DNA of 14,322 nucleotides from Azolla caroliniana (lineage: Eukaryota; Plantae; Polypodiophyta), in assembly GCA_043228905.1 (NCBI GenBank), contig JBHGNT010000879.1:1-14322 (forward strand), written 5' to 3'. Below, piece by piece: positions 1 through 7,188 of this stretch (position 1 is its first letter; each line of letters opens with the position of its first letter). The translations under genes were made by a program, and so were the position numbers. The notes beneath the pieces are model-generated. The model was not told where the DNA came from. It was given only the letters and a program-made list of their open reading frames with translations, and did not search any database.

Positions 1-27
1 AAGCCGCTTTGGCATATTTTTCTGCAG

Positions 28-1257
28 AAACTTTGGGTTGAAGGATTTGCTGGTGACATACGAGAGGTTCACAAAAAGTCTTGTATGGTGTTGGAAAATG
101 CAGTAAGAAACATCTACACAGTTGTCTCTTTTTCTGCCGGGAAGACAGTGATGGAAGTCTATGATGGGCATCTTTCAAAGATTTTAAGACAAAGTTACCT
201 GAGTGGCCAAGTAAGAGGTCTGGCATTCGGGGTCTCTCAGTTTCTCCTTTTTGCAAGCAATGCATTTCTCCTTTGGTATGCAGCTTTGTTAGTGAAACGA
301 TCCCAAGCAAGTCTATCTACAGTTCTGAAGCAATTTATGATATTTTCGTTTGCTACATTTGCTTTGGTTGAACCTTTTGGTCTTGCCCCCTACATCTTAA
401 AACGACGCAAGTCTCTAATCTCTGTGTTTGCAATAATCGATCGCAAACCTAAGATTGATTCAGATGAAGCTTCAGGAATCTGTTTAAAGAATGTATATGG
501 AACAATTGAGCTGAGAAACATCGAGTTTAGTTATCCAACTCGACCTGAAATTATGGTGTTGGACAATTTCAATTTGAAGGTGACAGGAGGGCAAACTGTA
601 GCAATTGTTGGAGCTTCAGGATCTGGTAAGAGTACTGTCATTGCTTTGATAGAGAGATTCTATGATCCACTCACAGGACAAGTTCTTCTGGATGGTAAAG
701 ACATTAAGTCCTTGAATTTGAAGTGGCTTAGGAACCACATGGGTCTTGTTCAACAAGAGCCCATTTTGTTTTCAACTTCTATAAGAGAGAACATAATATA
801 TGCACGCCATAATTCGACTGAAGCTGAAATGAAAGAGGCTGCAAGGACTGCAAATGCACATCATTTTATCAGCAGTTTGCCTCATGGCTATGATACTCAT
901 GTTGGAATGAGAGGGTTAGAACTTACTTCTGGTCAGAAGCAACGGATCGCAATAGCACGTGTTGTGCTAAAAAAAGCACCCATTTTACTACTCGATGAAT
1001 CAATTTCCGCACTCGAATCAGAATCTAGTAGAGCAGTGCAAGAGGCTCTTGAAACTCTCATCATGGGTAATAAAACAACAATATTAATCGCTCACCGATT
1101 AGCCATGATGCGTCATGTTGATATGATTGTTGTGCTTAATGAAGGGCATATTGTCGAGCAAGGTAGCCATGATACCTTGGTAGCTAAAAATGGACTTTAT
1201 TCAAGATTGATGCAGCCACACTTCAAGCCATCTCTCCATGACCAAAGGATATCATAA
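28..1257 (+). CDS. ABCB20: Terminal coding exon of a full-length ABCB (P-glycoprotein/MDR) transporter, ABCB6/ABCB20-like: end of TMD2 plus NBD2; 5' part lies outside the window
   Basis: Acceptor ttttttctgcAG-like tract ends at 27, and the frame is open from 28 (KLWVEGFAGDIREVHKKSCMVLENAVRNIYTVVSF). Walker A GASGSGKST, Q-loop GLVQQEP, signature LTSGQKQRIAIAR, Walker B ILLLDE and H-loop IAHRL are present. FSFATFALVEPFGLAPYILKRRKSLISVF and LIMGNKTTILIAHR recall Arabidopsis ABCB6/20. Stop TAA at 1255-1257. The family call is firm; the symbol is a nearest-clade label. Confidence 0.93.
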   Translation, partial: KLWVEGFAGDIREVHKKSCMVLENAVRNIYTVVSFSAGKTVMEVYDGHLSKILRQSYLSGQVRGLAFGVSQFLLFASNAFLLWYAALLVKRSQASLSTVLKQFMIFSFATFALVEPFGLAPYILKRRKSLISVFAIIDRKPKIDSDEASGICLKNVYGTIELRNIEFSYPTRPEIMVLDNFNLKVTGGQTVAIVGASGSGKSTVIALIERFYDPLTGQVLLDGKDIKSLNLKWLRNHMGLVQQEPILFSTSIRENIIYARHNSTEAEMKEAARTANAHHFISSLPHGYDTHVGMRGLELTSGQKQRIAIARVVLKKAPILLLDESISALESESSRAVQEALETLIMGNKTTILIAHRLAMMRHVDMIVVLNEGHIVEQGSHDTLVAKNGLYSRLMQPHFKPSLHDQRIS

Positions 1258-3330
1258 TTCTAATACAATTTATATCTCGAGTTCTTCCCTTAAATCAAGA
1301 AAATGTGTTGTAAACTAGTCACTTGAGACTGTAATATGGTAATGTCTTCCATCTATTAATTATACATTGCACACATCCGCACTTTTGTGAAATGTGTCCC
1401 AACAAAAACGCCTCCCGGTACATTCTTCATACGCTGGGGAAAGAAATAGTTCAAATAGTTTTGAGGTATACATGACAGATTTTCATGAAACATACATGAT
1501 GATGTATATACACCAGAAGGGTTTCTATTTGCAAGACTGATGAGCTTGCATTGTATTAATTTCAGAACTCATTTTTTTATGTACAAGTGTAATACCAATG
1601 AGATATTGTGACATGATCCAATGCTTGCCATTTTTATAATTTCATGTCTTCAATCTCCATTTGTTTTTGTGGGGGTATTTCTCACTGGGTGAAAGGGTCT
1701 CCACTCCTGAAATTATGTAAGAAAATAGAACCACCAAGGCATTAGTTATGAATTCCATTGGACTTTCAGACTAAGAATTTATTTAGACACCTCATTGAAT
1801 CCCACCCAATAAAACGGGGAATGTGAGTGTGATGCATCAAGCTACAACGTATATTTATAGTAAAAGAGAAAGAGAAAGACAAGAAGACTTTTCCTATTGT
1901 CTCTAATGAGGCCAGTGTGCATCTTGTACCTTGGTTGCTTCTTCTAGAAATGAAAATCGAGAAATAAAATTAGATAGTTGAGAGAGTAAGATTGGTCTTT
2001 ATGTCTCCAAGGATCCATGAGACACCTCATTCTTGTTACTACTATTTTGCTTGGAGGTTTCATTCGAGTCTTCAATGCTTCTTAATGATGGATTTTATTG
2101 GTTTGTGGAGTGGTGTATCTTAGTCTTCTCTTGGGTGAACTTGTGTGCCTCGTAGAATTTGAGTTCTTTAGCTCTCTCTCCAAGGAGATATTTTTATTGT
2201 GAGGTCATTGGCATCCCACGTAAATCTATGCAATCTTGTGTCAGGCTATGGTATTGTTTATTTGAAGGGCTTCTTTCTACGGAAAGTAGGGAAAGCAAAA
2301 TTCGAGACATGGTATATCATGTAACCAGGTTAATATAAAATATATCATTAATACATTTAAACAATTTAGTCAGGTCGACCAATATTTATATGCTTTAGAG
2401 TTTGTATAGCACCATGGGCCCTTGTGTATAGTACTAAACTCTTATTAACTAGACAGTGATAAGCACTCGGATGCACTATTCCTGCTTTTCCAACCAAGAT
2501 ATTATTAGTATACTTTAGTATATCTTGCTATATCTACTTCTCACTTCACTTGAACAACAAAATTTAACGATGGGATAAACAAAGCAACATGTTGTTAGCT
2601 CAATGAATAGTTGAGCATGGTTTTAGGAAGGTGAAAGTAGAAGCAAAGTTAAAGTCACAATGCCACATTTGAAGCTTTGGTGAGAGAGATGCTAGAATGT
2701 TAGCCATCATTGATGCTCTTTTTTGTTAAGTGTATGAGTGCATTATCTCTAATTTCTATATTGAATGCCTATATAACCTCCTTTCTTTATTCGCAAATTG
2801 TTTGTATACCAATTTTATAGTTTGGCAATGATACAAAAGAAAAAAACTAGATCCTCTAGAATCCATTGTCAGAATTTTTTTGTTTAATATGGATGATACT
2901 TCACAAGTACTTCACACCGTCTAATTCAATATATTCTCGAGTGCATTTTATTTAGTTTTGGGAATATTTGTCTTATCCCTATCATATTGCGTGGGATGCT
3001 AATACTTTTTCCATTTACGAGAATAAGTAGTACTTAAAAAGATTCATAATCACTAAGGAGACCAAGAATTTGCATATAACTCATGGCATATTGCGCATTA
3101 TGGGTAGCATTGTACATGTCTTATGGTATATAAGCCAAGTACCGAAATAGAGCCTAACTTCTCGGAATATAAAAAACAAGCCACAATTTCTTGTCTTGAT
3201 ATACATCGAGTGACAAAGGGATGCGCCAAATGGATTGATCTTCTTTTCAAAGACCTCCCAACGCATTTTGGTGCTTACTAAGATCAATCCATGGATTCAG
3301 TTTTATGATCAAACCACATTGTCTCTATTT

Positions 3331-3362
3331 CTCTTTCTCTCACACACACTCACACACACACA
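3331..3362. repeat. Compound (CT)/(CA) microsatellite
   Basis: ctctttctct cacacacact cacacacaca ca. Confidence 0.75.
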
Positions 3363-3822
3363 AACATAGATTAAGTGCCACTGAATTGATTGAACCATAT
3401 CGACACATTGCTTAAAATGCAAGTTGGGAAGAACGAAAGCCAAACAAAGGGATGTAGTCACGGAAAGTGTTGGGCAATAATGAGCTAAAGTAGCTTTTTC
3501 GGCACGATTGGACAAGATAAGATCAATAAAGAGTGTAGTATGTGTGTATGTAAGCTCCTTATATGTAAAAGAAAAAAGTGATCTGAAAAATGCTCTGTTA
3601 TTATTAGTATTATCTTTCTTTTGGTTGTTATTGAGGCTTTTCATGTACTTCCTTCTTTAGAGACAAGAAGAAACAGTGGGAGTGTACATATGGAATAGAA
3701 TGAATTGTTTGTGCTTCCAGTACTTGGGGTTAGACAGAAGCTTACCATATATAACTTGGCATTCAGGGGTCAAGTTAGGAACCTTCCATAGCTTTAGTAT
3801 AGGCATGCTATACATGTATATA

Positions 3823-3850
3823 TGTGTGTATGTGTGTGTGTGTGTGTGTG
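3823..3850. repeat. (TG)n microsatellite upstream of the germin-like gene
   Basis: Pure (TG)10 at 3831-3850 with interrupted TG units immediately upstream. Confidence 0.9.
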
Positions 3851-3876
3851 TATTGAGAAGGAGATTCATGCATAAC

Positions 3877-3923
3877 TGGGCCTATAGGGTTTAGGGTTTA
3901 GGTTTAAGTTTAGGTTTAGGTTT
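3877..3923 (+). promoter_or_regulatory. Site II motif (TGGGCC) followed by telo-box / degenerate plant telomere repeats
   Basis: TGGGCC at 3877-3882, then TAGGGTT TAGGGTT TAGGTT TAAGTT TAGGTT TAGGTTT at 3885-3923, ending 14 bp before the first ATG. The motifs are seen; their function is inferred. Confidence 0.5.
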
Positions 3924-3936
3924 CGCATTGCCGAGA

Positions 3937-4656
3937 ATGATCAATACATTCTTACAACCGATGATCAATACACACATAGCATGTGTGGGACTACTAGTAC
4001 TACTACTCCTAAGCTCCTCCTTTGGCCGCATCTTCGTGGTTCACGCAGCCGATGAGGATTCCCTGCAAGACGTGTGCGTGGCTGATGTGACGGCCGCGAT
4101 CCACGGGAATGGCCACACGTGCAAGCCGGCCGCATTGGTAGAAGCCGAGGATTTCGTGTTCCGGGGGCTTAGGCATGGCCCCAATGCCACTTCCTTTATG
4201 ATGATGCCTCCTCCTTACGGCATTGTGAGACACTTGGCCACCGTCCGCGAATTCCCAGGTGTGAACACGCAGGGCATGTCGATGGTACGTGTGGATTTCG
4301 AGGCGGGTGGCCTCAACCCGCCTCACTTGCACCCGCGCGCTTCGGAACTTGCATTGGTAGCACAAGGCACTTTTTACTCGGGTTTTGTTACTACTGATGG
4401 CCGCTTGTTTGCCCGGACATTGGAACCCGGGGACATTATGGTCTTTCCTCGTGGCCTCGTACATTTCCAACTGCACATTGGCCCGGGACGTGGCATTTTG
4501 TTTGGGTCACTTAATAGTCAAAACCCAGGGACACAAGTTATACCGACGTCATTATTTGATACTTCACCTGGCATTCTTGACGAAGTGCTCCTCAAGGCCT
4601 TCATGCTCACACCTCATCAACTACAATCCATCAAGGCTAGGTTTCACAACCCTTGA
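3937..4656 (+). CDS. GLP: Germin-like protein (cupin), intronless, secreted; 239 aa from ATG 3937 or 231 aa from ATG 3961
   Basis: Hydrophobic signal peptide (CVGLLVLLLLSSS). Box A DEDSLQDVCVAD with the paired Cys in TCK. Germin box GLNPPHLHPRASEL and GDIMVFPRGLVHFQ (His/His/Glu/His metal ligands). SLNSQNPG motif and NAT sequon. The ORF-track start at 3928 is TTG, so the real ATG is 3937 or 3961. Confidence 0.95.
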   Translation: MINTFLQPMINTHIACVGLLVLLLLSSSFGRIFVVHAADEDSLQDVCVADVTAAIHGNGHTCKPAALVEAEDFVFRGLRHGPNATSFMMMPPPYGIVRHLATVREFPGVNTQGMSMVRVDFEAGGLNPPHLHPRASELALVAQGTFYSGFVTTDGRLFARTLEPGDIMVFPRGLVHFQLHIGPGRGILFGSLNSQNPGTQVIPTSLFDTSPGILDEVLLKAFMLTPHQLQSIKARFHNP

Positions 4657-6849
4657 TCAATTTGAAAAGAAGAAGACATCCATAATTCATCATTACATAT
4701 ATGTAACTTAATCTACACTTAAGAGCTTTCATACTGCCTCTCTAAAGAGCTATGTGCAAAATCTGTTTCTTTTGTCCCTCCCCAAAAGAGTGCTCGTTGA
4801 GTTGGTTTACCATTATGTCAACATTAGTTTGTGAACATATTTCCATTTTGGGTAACTTTATGTTATGTACCCAGAATGTCTCCTTAATCTCTCCTTAAAG
4901 AAAACTTGTTAGTTGGTTTCTTCCTTTATGATTGAAGTTATTTTTAGAATATGTCCATTTGGGGTAAGTTTGTATGATAATAATGTTCACACCTAATAAA
5001 AAGGAAAGAGGAATATGATGTTCTTCTTGCTCAAAGGAAACATTGCCTCATTTTCTGAAGTAGTTTAAATTTTGACATTTAGAACAAATGTATTCGAAGA
5101 AATGCCAAAGGTTCAAATTCCTCTTCGAAGTATAGTCATAAATTTGCAACCCCACTTTTTTGCTTCTTGTTCAGCCCTTTTGACCACGAGAACTACCAAA
5201 CAATTTGTGAATTTCATCCCCTTCACAATAAAATCCACTCAAAATAGCTTCAATGCACGATTATTTTCATTGAAGATGGTGCAACCATGACCTTTTTTAT
5301 TTGGACAAAAAACTAAGAAACGAAGATACAACCAACCGTTCTACATCATTGGGAATAGGAGCACAATAAGGCGTTTTGGTAACATAGTGACTTTGTCCCA
5401 AACATAGATATCCTAAACAAATGTTTCTTCCTGAAATGGCCTTCAAATTGCATGCAACATATTATTATCATAATGCTATAGAAATTGTATTTTGATGTTA
5501 CTGTGTTCTGTGAACAAAAAACAATGGATTCTACTGCAACCCTAAAATATTAACTTTGCTTTGGAACTTGAGCAACTTACGGACAAAAATATACAAACTC
5601 TTGTTCTCAGGTAGGTTAAGGGAAGAAAAAATAGATGAAAACGATTTATTCCTACATGAGAACCATTATGTGATGGTGAGACTAAGGTTTTTCAAGTATC
5701 AATATCCTCGCATCAAATTTCATCTCTATTTCTGACAGAAGTTGCAAGTCCTCAATGCATTGCATTGTAAGACATTAAACATTATACAATCACTATGCAA
5801 GGCACACTTGATAAGTCTTAAAATATATCATATCACCTAAAAACATTTTGTAAATAGCATAAGCTGTAAAATATGATAACTGAAGTGCCTGCCTCTCATA
5901 GACTTGTTTTTAAGCTGAATTTTCATTTCAAAGAGACAAGTTTCATCTACTCAAAAAAGATGGATCAAAAAGTGCCAAAAAAATAACACAATTAAAAATG
6001 GATACTTCCAGATTCTATGGTACAGTACACTGTCACAGCATTTTAAACGAGTTCTATTAGCAGATTCATTTTTCCAACACCACAATACACATCATATATA
6101 AAACCCAAGACTCGTTAACATTGTTGATGCTTGCAAAAAGGCTGTGCATTCTGCGTCAAAGACCATATGAGAATGATCAAAGACCACCATGTTGGGTTTT
6201 GTATAGAAAAAACTTTGATTTGGTGGATAGAGACATTCAAATTTCAAAACTGAAATTAAAATCTATTTCAGCATGAAGAATGCATAATCAAATTAAGGAA
6301 ATATGGCTATTAACTACGTACACCTTAAATCTAGCATTAATATAATTTGCTGAATACTCTTGTACTGGTTCCATCATTGCCTCCAAAAGATATCAAGGTG
6401 AGCAATATAAGTTCATTGCAGACCCAAATACTTCTAAGACTTGAACAATCCCTCAGTTACATTTGGACCCTTTTAACTCCTCTAATGGCTGGCTAGGCCT
6501 TATATGCTCAAGCACCATCTCATACACATCAGTTTTTCTTCATTATTGAAAATGAAAGTGAGAAATGTTCTCAAAAATGCCGTTGGAAAATCTTGCATAG
6601 GAGTAGAATCATCAACCATGTTTCAGGAAGAACTTGCGTTCATTGGAATGACTCTACTCTTGGCAATCATCCATGAATGAAACAGAACTGCATGTAGCCC
6701 TTTTAATTATATTGCGAAACTTCTAGCAAACAAAATTAAAGGTCTAGAACAATTTGAAACAAAGCACATACCAAAATGAAAAAAGCATGTGTGCAACTGT
6801 ACAATCTCTTGTGTGCAGATACAGGCAACTTGTTCCCACATGTGACCAA

Positions 6850-7043
6850 CAATCCTAAATCTACAAGAAAAAGTTACTTGAACAGAGTCCAAATAAAGAT
6901 AAAGAGGGAATATAATTGTCACCATTGCATAGCAGCACTTTGATCACCAATCCTAAATCTACAAGAAAAGGATACTTGGAACAGAGTTCAAATGAAGATA
7001 AAGGGGGAATATAATTGTCACCATTGCATAGCAGCACTTTGAT
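6850..7043. repeat. Two-copy tandem duplication (~98-bp period) just downstream of the SCL stop
   Basis: caatcctaaatctacaagaaaa...aatataattgtcaccattgcatagcagcactttgat at 6850-6944 and 6948-7043, with a few mismatches. Confidence 0.92.
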
Positions 7044-7154
7044 AGTCTACTTATTGAAACAGGGTAAACAATTGTACCTTCCAAGCTCAGCAATTAAAAG
7101 CCCAGTAGCTATAATGATCTTCATAGTTTGGATAGACTTGATTAATCATCCTAC

Positions 7155-7188
7155 TCACTGAGGCGAAAGAGATTCTCCTTGCGATGTC
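7155..7188 (-). CDS. SCL: Probable SCL last coding exon (TSQGESLSPQ*)
   Basis: Acceptor tttgtcacaaAG (weaker AAG type); in frame; TGA at 7157-7155. Confidence 0.55.

Noticed and set aside
3081-3894. Short ORFs upstream of the GLP
   Set aside because: Driven by CA/TG microsatellites and AT-rich sequence, with no family motifs
3885-3923. True telomere or chromosome end
   Set aside because: Only ~40 bp, degenerate, and internal between genes
4009-4711. ORFs 4009..4476 (-) and 4385..4711 (+) overlapping the GLP
   Set aside because: Shadow frames of a GC-rich CDS with no recognisable motifs
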